A program made the position numbers and the translations under genes. A stretch of 64,000 nucleotides of DNA from Sphagnum compactum (Eukaryota). The stretch is from assembly GCA_965153455.1 (NCBI GenBank), contig OZ234494.1, positions 6,386,001-6,450,000 of the forward strand, written 5' to 3'. The notes under the pieces were generated by a model. That model searched no databases, was not told the DNA's origin, and saw only the letters and a program-made list of their open reading frames with translations. Every line of letters begins with the position of its first letter. Positions within the stretch are counted from its first letter, which is position 1. Of the stretch, positions 24,259 through 38,062 are shown in pieces.

Positions 24259-25689
24259 TAACCTTCCCAAGGGGATTGGGAACCAAGGTCTCCATGGCAA
24301 AGGGGACTTGGAAAATTTGCAAGCCTTAACCAAGTTGCTTTGGAAATGGGGATAATTCCCAGGCAATTTGGTTTGGGCTTCCAAGTCCCCTCCTTCCTTG
24401 GGCAACTTAGTTAAAGAAGTTCCTCAAGGAAAACCAAGTTCCCCAAGGAAGTTGTAAGTCCCCATCTTCCTTGGGCAACTTGCTTGAATAAGTATTTTGA
24501 ACTTCTAAGTTCTAGAACTTTATTTAATGGAACACAATTGACGTGATAATCGATTAGATCAAAGATATATGTCATTGTTCAAAATCTCATTCTATTTTGG
24601 TTTAATTGCAATTTCGATCTTAATTTAAGAAATACAAATTAATATGCATATAATACATGAAATGTTTTGAATTCTAATCATGCTTTAAAACTCAATAAAA
24701 TTAATGTAAACATGGTGTCATGGATGGTTGGACCTTGTGTAATTTTGCACCTTTATTTTAAATAGTACCATTATCTAGGTGATCTTACAATGATCACCTT
24801 CCCCATTTTTAAGTTAAATGGTTCAACTATTATAGATCTTGGGTTTTTTTTTTTGGGGCATGAATTGTCTAGGTTGAAAGTATCAAAGGCACCTATAATT
24901 TTTCCAAGTCAAAAGATCTTGTTTAATGTTGGTTAATTGTTCATTTTTTCATATGCATTAGGTAGATTATTAGTATCAACGTCGCAAAATAATTGGGTGC
25001 CAATTATGTTATCAAAATTTTGGGTAATAATTGTTGGTTATGTATAACCATGTCATCCAAATAGTTATTAAAAATTATGCAAACCATTATCAAACATCTT
25101 TTAAACATTGATTCAAAGCACCAAACACCTTATTCATTGTTATAGCGTATTAAGAAGGCAAAAAACCAATAAACCAATAAAAGAATTGCTTCAAAATATG
25201 GCATCATAACTTTACATCATATTGCAATTGTCAAAGCTACAAAGAAGACTGAAAATTATAACCCACAATCAAAGCTTCGTTATTATAAATTAGTTAAATT
25301 TCAATGGATTAGATTAAGCCCTTCCTGCCTCCATCCCATATAAGTGCAACATATGTTAAAACTCACCATCATGTGATTGGTTGGTTCTTACCTTTGGGTA
25401 AACCCCTCCCCCTTGCCCCCTCTCTTTCAAAGTTTGCTTTGTCCCTTGTTGTCGATTCACCTTCCTCTAAATTGACATGGGATTTTCCAATCAAGATGCC
25501 ATTTGATAAATAATTATGTGTAGGCTTGCTAGTTCAATTTAATCCCTATATGCTCAATAAGCCTAAATTGGTTATTTTTGGGTATTTTAAATTGATCTAG
25601 ACAACATTTCTTAATTTTACTTTTAAATAAATAAAAATTTGTTGGGTGCACACATCAAATATCTTTTCAATGGGTTGTTACCCAACAAA

Positions 25690-25950
25690 TCTATCTATGA
25701 AGCAAAGGTTGTTTGTTTGTTTTGTTTTGTTGTTATGAGATCCACCGAACCAGGATGCTTCAGATAGCATTCTTGGTCTCTTTGGAAAGCTCTCAACAAG
25801 GAGGGGTGCATGGGCTTAGTTCCATGATGTTTGGACTTGTGGTGCAAAAGTTCTTGAATATTGAGTGATTTCTTGACAACAAAACCCTACACTACCACTT
25901 TCCCATGTGGGAATGGGGGCTTGCCCAAGGGACAATGCCCACCCTAAGTT
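25690..25950 (+). mobile_element. Short dispersed repeat with a Helitron-like 5' end, copy 1
   Basis: Starts A|TCTATCTATGAAG; about 180 bp is homologous to 44673-44880 (gagatccac.gaaccaggat.cttcagat, ggaaagctct, ggggtgcatg, catgatgtttggacttgtggtgcaaaagttcttgaa). The 3' end is a degenerate GC-rich segment followed by ccctaagt. Confidence 0.6.
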
Positions 25951-28410
25951 GGCCTCCCAAGTTTAGTTTTGGCTAATTTTGAAAACTCATTTAGGAGTTG
26001 ATTAAAGAGATGTAATAGCAAGATCCTCTTGAATTTGCTACTCATTGGGCCAAGGATCCTCACATTCTGAATCCAAAACTTGCAAGGTTTCATTTTTACT
26101 TGAAGAATTGCATTTTAGCTTGAAATGTATTTTTTTGTGAGAGACTAACTAATTAGATTGCATGCATCAATCCATGTGAAAAAAAACTATTTGTGGTTGG
26201 TGAAACTTCAAATCCAACTTTGCATAGCACCTACCTAATCTTGGATGAACTTAATCTAGACTTGCTATCTCATGAGCCTTTGTTTGATTTTGCTTGAAAT
26301 TTTTATCAAGAACTATGAGTTTGTAGACTTTAAATTTAATCACCAATTCATGGATAAGTAAATTGGAAAAAAATTTTAACTAGGCCTCAAATAGAAATAT
26401 AAATGATTGAAAAATGGACTTAAGCTCTTTAAGGGTTAATTTTCCAAAAAATCCTATTTTGGCTTACCATATGTTTAAGGGTTGATTCACACCGTTTAAC
26501 TCTTATTTGAGTGGTCCATTAAACTAGGCCACACCATTTCATGCCATCTTTGTGATTTGTGTGGCAACCAAAGAAAATAGGTGCTAGTGCATTATGTGAA
26601 TCTTTCTTTTTTCTCGATATGCATAAACATGGCCCTTAAGTTACTTCAAAGGTAATTTATATTACAACATTTCAATGCAATTGAACAAACAAGATATGGC
26701 ATGCATCTCAAGGATCTTGTTTTAATCAAAAAGCACATTAGCACAAAAAGTTATGGAGTTATCCCCTTCAAAATTGTTTGCACGCATGTTTGAAATTGTT
26801 AGACAAGAGAAATACTCAAGGGTGAAAATGGGTGTCAATCATATTTTTTTGACCCCTTGTGATTTTCCTTTCCAAATATTTTGTGAATAAGGAGGAAAAT
26901 ATGTTATTTGTTCACATCTACCCTTTTTTGAAAAACAAATAATTGGCACTATAGAATATTTGAATTTTTTTTGAAAAAGTACGAATTGGGGGTTGGGGGT
27001 GGGAGCTAAGGGTTTCCTCCCTACACTCCCCCACTTTATAACACCTTCATCACTATATTTCATAGGTTATTAAGGACACAATTTGAACAACAAATTCAAA
27101 GGTAATCAAATGAAATTTGATTTTTAAAAAAAAGATTTTCAAAAAAAAAAGAATGATCACATCCTTCATTTGGAATTCACAAGAGTGACAACTCAAGGCT
27201 TGAAACTTTTTAATATATTACATCATCAGAAAGTGCAACAAGACTTTCTTACATGCCCATAAATAATAATGCAATAACCTTTGTAAAGTTTAACAATGAA
27301 ACCTAAATGCCTCCTATGCTTTTTGAATCATGTCAAGAAGTCACAAAAACTCATAAATGTCCCCTATGGCCTTTAGGCTTTTAGGAATAACCACATACAT
27401 ACTTTCTATGTTTCTTGAAAGTTTTCTTTTCCAAATATTACATAATATGTTTAGAAAATTATAAAATGAGGTTGTATTTTTTCGTTTTTTTTATATGTCC
27501 CTTACCTAAAGACCTTCATACTAAATTTGAGCAACAAGATGGTGTAAAAGTTGAGGTTGCCCTGCAAATATGTCCTTTATGGTGAGGTAAGAGTCAATCC
27601 CTTCAACCGAATTCGATGCTTTAAGGTTTTTGATTGGCCTAAATAGTAAATAGTAAATAATGCATCCATTTTGAAGTTGTGCTTTTAAAAGTTTATGGGT
27701 GGAAGTAGAATTGTATTTATCGGTAAATGAAATTAATAAATAAATAAATTCTATTGTATTTAAAAATCACCTTGTCTACCAAATTTTTCCTTAATGAAAG
27801 GTGTGGCATTAAAGCATATTTTTTCACAAGCTAACATGGAAAATTTACACATAAGTCTACCCAAGTACCCAAAGTTGTTTTTTCAGCACAAATTGGGCTC
27901 CGACTAGTTTGGTCCCAAATTGAACTCCAGGAAATTTCAAGCTTTATTTTCAAAAGCAAAAGTGTGACATCTATTGTGTTTTCAACTTGTGCAAGAGCTT
28001 TCTTTTTGGCAACTGTGGGGGAGAAAGAGGTTGTGGTAGTTCTCATGTTTTTGACAAGCACATAGAGGTTGCAACAAGGAGCTCTTGTTTTGTTTAGATT
28101 GTGTGTCTCATTTGGACAAGTGTTGCAAGCGCGACCTTTTGGACTTCTTTTTTCATGTTTGCAATAAGCATGGACGAGTTCTTTGGCTCTATTTGTGTGC
28201 ACTATTTTTGGTTTTTGTTGTTCAATTTTTTTTCAATTTTTTCGTTTTGTTCCTAGGGAGATATTGTTGCGTTCAATTCTTTTTGTTCGAATTTTTTGTT
28301 TTGTTGCCAAGGAGAGATTTTTGTGTTTAGTTTTTTTTTTCTTGAAATTTTTGTTTTTGTTGTGGGGGGAAGAAAGGGGGGGAGAGGAAGTTGCTGAAAT
28401 TTTCTTGCAT

Positions 28411-28413
<3 letters not shown>

Positions 28414-28448
<35 letters not shown>
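28414..28448. repeat. (GA)n microsatellite
   Basis: Direct observation. Confidence 0.95.
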
Positions 28449-28449
<1 letters not shown>

Positions 28450-31369
28450 CTGGCTGCTGGAATTGTTATAATTTTGTGTTTGTGTGTTGTGTTGCTAAAG
28501 AGTTAGGCTATTGGAGTAGGAGAGGTGTGTGTTCAATTCCATTTTGTGTGTTGTGTTGTTAGAGATAAAGAGTTTGTTGGAGTGGCTGAAAGAGGTTGTT
28601 AGAGAAGGAACATTATATTGTAGGTCTCATGCTGAACTTTGATGTTGGGCACTTGTACCCTTGACTTTAAGGATAGCTCAAAACTTAGCATGAGATGGCA
28701 AAGGTGAGCCAAATGGTAGGCTAAATACAAGGTGACTTTTAAGGATAATTTTAATCATACATGCACTTTATGAGAATGGTAGGTCACCTACCAATGGTTA
28801 CATTTCATGGTATTTTATTGGGATAAAACTTTCAAAAACTGAAGAAATACTTTCCCATTGGGCTCTTGTCTTGTAATGGCATCGGTGCCGCATCTAATTT
28901 GTTGCTCTTGTTTAGTGCTTGTTCTCTAAAGTAGTTAGTTATTTGAAAAACAACACACACACACACACCCACTCACAAAAGGCTCCTGAAAATAGTGCGC
29001 ACATGAGTTTCCTACCAAGTAGGCAAAGAGGGTCTGTCCAAACCCAAATTCATATTCACATTATAGTGCCAAGTTAAAACATGTATATGGGGTTTCCATA
29101 CAAACAATCCTTAATTTGTTTCTGGGTGAAATGCCATGAAAAACCACATGTTTCAGCAGCTGACACTCATATCTATGTGAGAGTAGTTCTTGAAGTGGTG
29201 ACCATGTCCAAGATGTGTGAAACCAACTACTTTTGGGTTTTGCTTAATATTGTGTGGGGTCACGATATGCTGCTAACTTGTGCAAAGAGTAACAGATTGG
29301 AACCTTGAGTTTGCATCCCACCAATGAGCCAAGGTGACAGGGTGTTCTACAAAATGCTAAAGGTTCTGTTTATTGTTATGATTCTGCAAGGGATTCATAC
29401 TTTTCTTATTTTCAGAAATGAGAAAATTGAGAGGGAATTCTTCCATGTTGCAGGGTACTGTGAGGTAGCCTATTGTGTGGAATGAAGCTTTTGGGTTTAT
29501 GGCAGCATGTGGGCTGACACTAGATCTCACCCAGTTCTGACCACTACTGAGTTTTGAACCTCTCCTGAGTGCCTACTGGTTCCCTACATGAGCAAACGTG
29601 GGACTAGGATTGAAGATTCTACCTCAGGACTGTGGTATGACTGCTCAGCAAATTTTCTTTGGATTGGAGAACAAACTCACCAGCTAGATCCTTGAGATAT
29701 TGGGAGAGTTTTTGTGTTGATCGGTTGAGATTTTCCTTGACTAGTTAAATGGGATGTTGATCTTGATAGATACAGGGATACAGGTGAGTGACACAATAGT
29801 TCCTGTAAAGCTAGTAAAGTTGTGTGAGGTTCTCAACATACAAGCGTAGGCTGATGGTTATTGTGCAGATGGGGAGCAAAAATCTCCAAGAGAAGCTCCT
29901 AGCTTTGGTCCGAGCAGTTCATGAATCATCATGCTGGATGTATTGCAACATTGGGTCTATGACCCAAAGACCCAATACATGGAAAGACAAGCAAAGGATC
30001 ATCTGAGCTCAAAACCAGTCCATCAAAGCACCATCTTGGCATCAAAATGCATTCTCCTCGAGGTAAAAGATTACTCTTTAAATCTACTTCTGAATGGACT
30101 CTGGAGTTTACTTACAAGGAAAGTTGTGTGTTCAAACTTACAGCCTCTCTAATATTGAAAATGGTGTTCTGAAGGGTTTGATGATTGGATCTGCGGAGAC
30201 ATTGTGTGTGCATTTTTCAGATTTGTTCATATTCTTCAGCTTTCAATTTTTTTTCTTCCCTCCTCTTCATCTATCTTACATTATGTACTTGTTGAAAATG
30301 CTTGACTTGTATGGAATGTTATACTTTGTTTACAGGACTGTCTGTAAAATCCAATGTAATTGAAAGATTTGCATTCCTGGAACTGACATGCTGTTGCATT
30401 TAGCGTATTTCATGTACGTTGACCTGTCCACATGTTTGCTCAAACAGACTAGTACTGTAAAATCTTTCCTCAATTCCAGCCAACTTGGTGCCATGACACT
30501 TACTATATAACAAAAGTTCAACTGGGGTTTGTGTTGATTTCAGTTTTGAAGAGTCGGGTCATTCACTCTGATTTCAACTTCTACCATGATCACTATATAA
30601 GATAAGTTGGAGGAGAAGGTGGAAAAAACAGGTAGAAACTTTAAACTTTTCATGAGCAATATTTTAGGAAAAAGCAAAAAAGTTCCAAGTCTTCTTCTTC
30701 CCCTAAGTACACAATCTGCAACCAAAGATCATGGTCGGTTTGATTGCCAAGAAAGTATTTGATTGCTAAATTAGTCTACTTAAAAACTATATAATTATTT
30801 TCAGCTTGCAAAGTGATGTGGAGGAGAAATGTAAATAAGGGTGATGCGTGGCAACTTGGAGATGGGGGAAAACATGGATGATAAATATTAATTTTAAAGC
30901 AGGTATTAGAGCCAAAGGATTTAGATGATTGTCTTTTTTCAAATCTGCTTAAGAGTTAGGGAAAAAGGTAAAATCCATTTCAATAATATCTTGCTTAGTA
31001 CTAAGAAAAAGACGATTTTGGTTCAAGTGAAGGTGTCACAAACACGAAAACAACCAAATCTAACAAAATCTACAAGATTTCTTAAACCAAGACAAAAACA
31101 AGGGCATGCCTAATCCCAAATTTAGATTATGAAACAAAAAAAACAAGAACAAAAACATGATATGTGCAAGAAAAAAATTCAACATAATTTTATTGCAAAA
31201 ATGAAATAAAAATATAAAAAGGTTGTGGCAAGAAACATACCAAAAATTGATGTTGAACTGACTAAATGTAATGGAAAATTCTGCCTCTATTTACACCTTT
31301 TAGCACCTAGTTCAAGGAAGTTTTTCAAGAAACTTCTAATCTACATGTGGGCCATGTGCACCCATGTGT

Positions 31370-31680
31370 GAACTATGAGTGAATTATGACTTAATTGAAA
31401 GTGAACTAAAACTCAATTAAAAGTGAATTTAAACTTAAGAAAAAATGAACTAAAAGTTAATTAAGAGTAGACGAAGAGTTAATTGGAAATGAACTAAAAA
31501 TGAACTATAAATTAATTAAAAACGAACTGAGAATTAACTAAAAGTGAACTAGGGTTTAATTATAAGTGAATTAGGATTTAATTAATAATGAACTAAGAAT
31601 CAACTCAAAGTTAATTAAAATTTAATTAGTAGTTAATTAAGAGTGAATTGAAATTAAATAAAAATTTAAATACAAGTTTA
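31370..31680. repeat. ~22-bp AT-rich degenerate satellite
   Basis: Repeated aattaaaagtgaactaaga.tt units. Confidence 0.75.
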
Positions 31681-33532
31681 TTACAAGTCATGGATGAATT
31701 TTCAAATGAATGAACTCCATGGCATTAACATCCATGATAGAAGGTACTTTGAACAAAATCATTTTCCATGACCACTATTGTCTAACCCCAAATTGCAGTA
31801 AATACTAAAAAGGCAACGGAGTAACAACAGTCCCCACGAATGGTTGTCCCTTTGGGAGGGTAGTAGGCAAAGAAAAGATAATTTCACATTAACAACCTAG
31901 GTCTTTTTCAAAAGAAGAATCTTTAACTAAATCACAACACACCTCATCTGGTAACCTTCCAAGCCAATTTAACACACAAAGCGTAGCTAGTGGATCCCTA
32001 GCTACATTGAAGGAGGTAGCACCATCTAAGGCTAGAAAAAGGTAGTTTAAAGAACATTCTTCCCCTTTTTCATTTCATACAAATAATATTGAGTTGTTGT
32101 TACCCCAACAATTACCTTTTAGGAAAAAAAAAAGAAGGAGAGTCTCCTTGAGCTCTAGGGAAACTAAAAGGGAAATAACTACCATGGTGGAAGAGCTACT
32201 CAACTTAAGGGATACCTTGTTTCAAACAAAGAGGAAGGTATTAATCGTGGGCATGGTAACAAGTGATTTGGAAACATTATGGAATGGCAAAACAATAATA
32301 ATCAAAGGGCATTAATAAGAAAATATGGTAATTTAACATTATCGAAGGTGCATTGGTAACTTGGAGGAACACCTCAAAGAAGAATGAAGAAAGAATTAAA
32401 TGCTAACCAAGACCTTGGTGGAAGTTGAAGGTAAGCAATATTTGTTGACCCAAGTAACAAATAAATTCTTGCTTATAAGCTTTAACAATATAAACCTAAG
32501 TGGGATTAATGGGGTGTAATCCAAAGTAGATGGGGGATGATGTTAAAGGGTAAATTCCACCTCCTTCTAGGGGTTAGTCAGGTTAGTAGAGTAACTGAGT
32601 AAGTTTAAAATTTACAAGTGGTAAGTTTACTTACCACTTCCCCATATTTAGGGAGAGGATGCCAATTAGTTTAGTTATATTTTTAAAATGTAAGGAGTTA
32701 GTTAATCAAATGTTAGTTAGGTGGAATTTGGGGAGGACTTGGAAGCCCATTGATTTAAGAGGAGATTAAGTTCCCATGTGTGCATGAGCGGTGGCAAAAT
32801 CCAATCGAAGATCATTTTCTTCATAAGTGGAGCTTGGGGAGCATGTTGGCTATGGTGTGAGAAGAAATTAGAATATGAAAAAACTATTGTGCTTTGGTAA
32901 GGCAATGAAGTTAGGTTTATGGCATGTGAGAAACAAAAGTCTATGTGTGTATGTAATCATTCTTTTCATTTGTGTCTAGAAAATCATTAAGAATAATTAG
33001 CTTTGTAGTGTAAAAAATTATTTTTTGTGTTCTTTGGATTTTTCTTTAAGTAAGATGACAACAAGTAGTTAATGTGTGCTTCGTTTATTTCTTGTCTTTT
33101 GAAATAAAAATACCTCCTATAGTTGTTGTAGGAGGAAGGTAATTACCCTTTATAGGCCTGTGGAATTAATTATTTTGTCTTTTTTTGTGGTTTTATCTTG
33201 AAGGCAATTTGTAGTTATGTGTATTTTCTGAAGTTCCAAAATAATTGGACCCATAGTTCTAAATTTTATTTATTTATTTATTTATGTTTTATCCAACAAC
33301 CATAACTAGCTTAGTTTGTGATTGTTGAGTTTATAGTACTTACAATACAACATAATCTACCTTTAGTTTCAACAAAAATTCATTACAAATCATTATTATA
33401 TAAACATAGAAATCAATATACAATTTATACAATTTATGTTTAAGAAAATTTGATTGCTAATTATGTAATAAAACATGTTGAAAACATCAAAAGAAAAGAA
33501 ATATTTGTTAGGTTTAATATAATGATATAACA

Positions 33533-33534
<2 letters not shown>

Positions 33535-33569
<35 letters not shown>
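33535..33569. repeat. (TA)n microsatellite
   Basis: Direct observation. Confidence 0.95.
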
Positions 33570-33573
<4 letters not shown>

Positions 33574-35702
33574 GCTTAAACCTTTTCATGAATCTGAAAA
33601 TAATCTAAAACATAATCATGAAATGTGGAAAGATGTTTATTTGAATGAAAAATAATTTTGAAATCTTTCAAAACACTCTATATACAATTTTAACATCATT
33701 AATAAATATGATAACAAATGGAATACTTTGTAATTATAAGTGAAAAAAATGCAAAACTCTTGAAATAAGTGGATGGGAAGAAAAATTCATAAGAATAATG
33801 TATAATGATGAATGCAAACAACTCACACAAGAATGTATTGTTGACAATATCAAACAAATGGAGCTATCTTAATTATCATATGAAAATCATAAACAAGTGG
33901 GAAATGGAAGTTACTTTTGTTGTTGAAATGATGTACATTAGTAGAAAATTATCATCTCTTATGGATTTCCATTTCTTTCAATTTAGTTTATTGAGAAGAA
34001 CATACAACATACCCGTTCCAATGAATGACAAAATACGTTGCTTTGTTGCAATGTCATCTCGTAATTTATATTTGGATTTCAATTTCTTTCACAAATGTGA
34101 TTTAGATTGCAACTTTGTTGTTGTGAAGAACTATACCCTTTCCAAATAGATACAACTACCACCACCTAGAAAAGTCTTAGACATGGTAGTTCTTTCACCA
34201 CCTAAGCATGATGGAGTGGACTCGCTTTGTTGGATCTCAATTTCTTCCATGAACCTTTGAGTTGGTTATGAAAAACATGCCCTTTCCAATCCATGACAAC
34301 AACCCCATAGAAAGTCTTACAAAAAGCAAAGGGAAAAAAAAAGGCACTTATAATTTGTCACTCACCAAGCATGATTGATTGGCTCTTCACATTATAGAAC
34401 TACCACTTTCACTTTAGTACTAGAAACATTAACATTTTTTTTGGGTTTTCTTCAAAAACGGATTTTTTTTCCTTATAATACCTGGTGGGTAATAACAGGG
34501 ATTTTTTTTTAGTTTTTAAATTTGATGAAAATTAGTTGATTTTTTTTACCTTGTGCAAGGCCTTTGGGCCAGGGCATTCCCAAAATAACAAGCCTTGCCA
34601 GGGCCTTAGGGGCCCATTATTATTTCCGGAACATCCCAGCCCTTGGGTGTTACCCTACTACACTTGTTTAGAATCCTTTTAAGAAAAATTCAAGCCCTAA
34701 TTCGAAGTGGAGGTCAGGTGTTTTCTAGGTCTCTGAGTCCAACCAAATGTAACATTTCTTGGGTTTAATTTGGCCATTAAGAAACCAAAATCCTTCAAGA
34801 TATTATTATAACTCTATTATAACTAATCTCAAGTTTCAACACAAGCCAAAATATCATCTTTCAAACAATCCTCATATAAAAAATTAGACCTATTATTACC
34901 GAGGGGCCCATAAAAAATCCCTTAAGCTACTATACTCTATAATGAATCTAAGCACAATATCCTTGCCTTCTTGGTAGGCAAGGCCAATAAATAAATAAGT
35001 AAGTAAATAAATAAATAAATAAAACACCCTATATGGTCAGTGAGATAGGTAGAATGGGAGCTTTGAAGTGGTTTGAGGAGTTCCCTTCAGTAAACTGGCC
35101 CTTAAATGATGTAATATGCTTTTAGGGTTAAGGCTAAGTGTGAAGAAAATGAGGATTTAGGGTTAAGGCTGATGTGAGTGTGTTCAAATCCATCCCTTGA
35201 ATGGTTTTAAAGAATTACTTGGGTGCACTAGTATTTTACATGATGATGATGATGCAAGGAGCTTTGAACAATTAAGAATTTGGAGCCTTTTAAACACATG
35301 CCTCTTTGATTTCAGGTGCAAACACCCATTTTATTTAGTGCAAACACCAACCCCTTCTACTAACATTGCTATGACAATTTCAAGCTTGCAAACTCCTCCT
35401 CTTCCGAATGAACAAGTAAGTCTCCAGCACATTACTTCTGCTTGTGCCTGCTGTTTTCTTCTTTGGTAGGCCGAGGGAACAGGTCGAAAATCACGAGGTT
35501 CTGAAGAAAGAGGAAGAGACTAAATGATGATGATGAAACCCTGCCAAACTTTATCAAAGAGAAAACCCACCCACACACCCACCCACCCACCTGGAGCTTC
35601 TACTTGTGTTGGGGCTGCTCTAGAGTTCTGAAGCTTTTTTCCTCCTCCTTCAGAACTCTCGAACCAAAGAAGAAAAATAAGTAATTCTTTTTCTCCTCAT
35701 TT

Positions 35703-35938
35703 TTTATATAAAAAAAAATTGGCAAAAACTTAACCCAAAAAAAGAGAAAAAATTTATTTGAATATTTTACACCCCAAACAAAAAAAAATTCCAAAGTTTT
35801 CCCAATTTCTTTGACGAATTTTTTTTTAATATATAAAAAAATTGGGAAATTTTAACCCAAAAAAAAAAGAAGAAAAAAATTAGTCGAATTTATTCATCCC
35901 CAAAAAAAAAAATTCCTAAAATTTCCCAATTTCTTTGT
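35703..35938. repeat. Duplicated ~120-bp A-rich element; related segments at ~20990-21140 and ~21420-21550
   Basis: tatataaaaaaattgg.aa...taacccaaaaaaa...aaaaaattt..tcgaat...ccccaaaaaaaaaattcc.aaa.tttcccaatttctttg occurs twice. Confidence 0.65.
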
Positions 35939-36424
35939 TGGAAAAACAGTGAAATGAAATTTCGCCAGGAAACCAACAAAAAAAAAAAAAAAACTGTCAC
36001 AAACTAGAGCCTAAAGGTCCAATATATTACAACAAAATCCCAAACTGGTCAGTCCATCTGCCTCCAAAACTACCAATTCCCCAAGCAAAACCTACCGTAA
36101 AGCAACGCCTGCATTATTATTAGGGTTGCTAAAGAAAACCCTAAAGAAAACCCTAGGCCACATGATACATCATGCAATACCCTCACTTTTGTCAACTAGA
36201 ACAAACAAGTAAAGCAAGTATCCACATATTTTTGCTTTGCAATAAATTCATTAGTCCCTAAAAAATGAATTTTTAAGAAATACATTTGCGAGCAATAACT
36301 AAAATACATTTGCGACAGAAAATACATATTGAAGAATTGCATAATAAAACAAAAATTAAAATAAAATTTAACATTAGACCAAAAAATTAAAAATATAAAT
36401 ACATGACATGGAAATTTTTAAAAT

Positions 36425-36900
36425 GAAGTTCCAGTAACTGGTCTGTATTTCAAGACCGTATATATACGTGTATCAAAGCAGTTTACAGGTTGACATACAT
36501 GTGTGGGTGAGAAATATACCTTTGTGATGATTATACGTACACTTCCTAGTATACGTGCTACTCCTTATACTTCCTACTCTAGGTTTTTTTTAAAAATACT
36601 GTAGGAATTTCAGTAGCGGGTCTGTCTTTCAAGACCGTGTACATATATCTATCCACGCAATTACTGGTGTGGTTTGTGGGGGTGAGAAATACAGTATGAT
36701 CATTCCGTATACTACCTAGTATAACATGCTACTACGTATACTTCCTAATATACGTATATTTAAATAAGAAGTTCAGTAATGGGATAAATGTATTTCAAGA
36801 CCGTGTACGTAAATTGACGCAGTTATTACTCTTTGGTTTGAAAGGGTGAGAAATACAGACATATACTACGTATTATTACTAGTATACGTATTCTTCCACC
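36425..36900. repeat. Three diverged ~160-180-bp tandem units immediately upstream of the receptor-kinase leader
   Basis: ttcagta....tgt(a/c)tttcaagaccgt(a/g)tac...gggtgagaaata.. starts at ~36429, 36609 and 36772. Confidence 0.8.
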
Positions 36901-38062
36901 GTAGGCTTCATCACTCTCTCTCTCTCTCTCTCTCTTCTCTCTGTTTCTCTTCTGCTACACTAGTGTGCTGTGTTGTTGCTGTTGTCTCTCGCCATCTCCA
37001 GAGCTGTCCCCTTGTGCGTTCGCCAGTAGTTGTTGAACACCGGGTTCGCTAGCTGCGTCCCTTTGCGGACTTCCCGGGCACTGGAGAGCTGCGCAGAAGC
37101 TGGCATTGGGTTCTGGTTGCGCTTTCGTAGTTCGGAAAACAAAAAGAAGGAGAGAAAAAAAAGCCCGAGAGTTTTGGAGGTTTCTTGCTCTGGTGGGTGC
37201 ATCATCTGACAAAGGTGGCTGCAACAACTCGGGATTACTGGTGGATTTCGACGGTTTCGTTTGCTGCTCTTTTTTGCCCTTCCTCTCAGCTGGATTTTTT
37301 TGGGTCCGTCCCCCTAGAGGTCTGCGTTGGTTGTTGAGTGCTCTCAGCTGGTGTATTTGTTGTCTGAGGTGGTCGATGCGGGGAAATAGAAAACTTGGAA
37401 TGGAGCCGAGGGGGCGTCGGGGATCGGTTTTGTGACCACCTGTGGGAGTGATTTTATTTTTTCCTAGGGTTTTCGGATTAGAGGTGACGCTGCGATGAGG
37501 AACGACATAGCGTTTCTGATTGCGAAGAGCTGAGGTTCGGCTGCTCTGTACCGTGAGGTGCTGCTTGAAGGGGGGACGGAGGGTGGGGGTTTCTGAGGGT
37601 TGCAATGCAACAGGGTAGGACTGGAAGCAAACAGGTCCCAATACGGTTTTCTTTGTCACTTGTGGAATCAAGCTTCTGTTTTCATTTTCGTTCGGGAAGT
37701 ATTGGTAGCCTGCAACAACATGCTGACGAGCTGCAGGAATCACTGCGAACAAGCAACAGGGGGGAAGAACAGCTTCTCTACCTGTTGTATGTGTTGCGGG
37801 AAGAAGTTGAATGGTAGTGGGAATGAATACTGAGGTCAAGCTGCTGCAAGGATGTCAGATGATGTCAAGTAGGAATGAGATAAGTTTAGGCAATGGGAAG
37901 AGGAAGTTGCTGCTGCTGCTGCTGGAATGAAAATTTTGCACTTTGAAAATTGCCTCCTCTGATGAGTTCAAATTAGGTGTGCAAATGGAGCACTGCAGGA
38001 GGGTGGGAGTAAGAGGAACATGCAGAAACCAGAGGAGGTGAAGAAGATTGGTGAGAGACATC

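Noticed and set aside
31000..33250. Possible LTR retrotransposon remnant (PPT-like ggggac-TGTT on the minus strand near 31830)
   Set aside because: I could not identify a second LTR or gag/pol motifs; too decayed to support.
35075..35095. ggagttcccttcagtaaa resembles the complement of miR319
   Set aside because: It mismatches opposite the miRNA 5' end, has no hairpin partner, and is not in an evident transcript; likely chance.
36955..37839. 294-aa minus-strand ORF
   Set aside because: It is antisense to the GC-rich 5' leader of the receptor kinase, with no recognisable domain and low-complexity composition.
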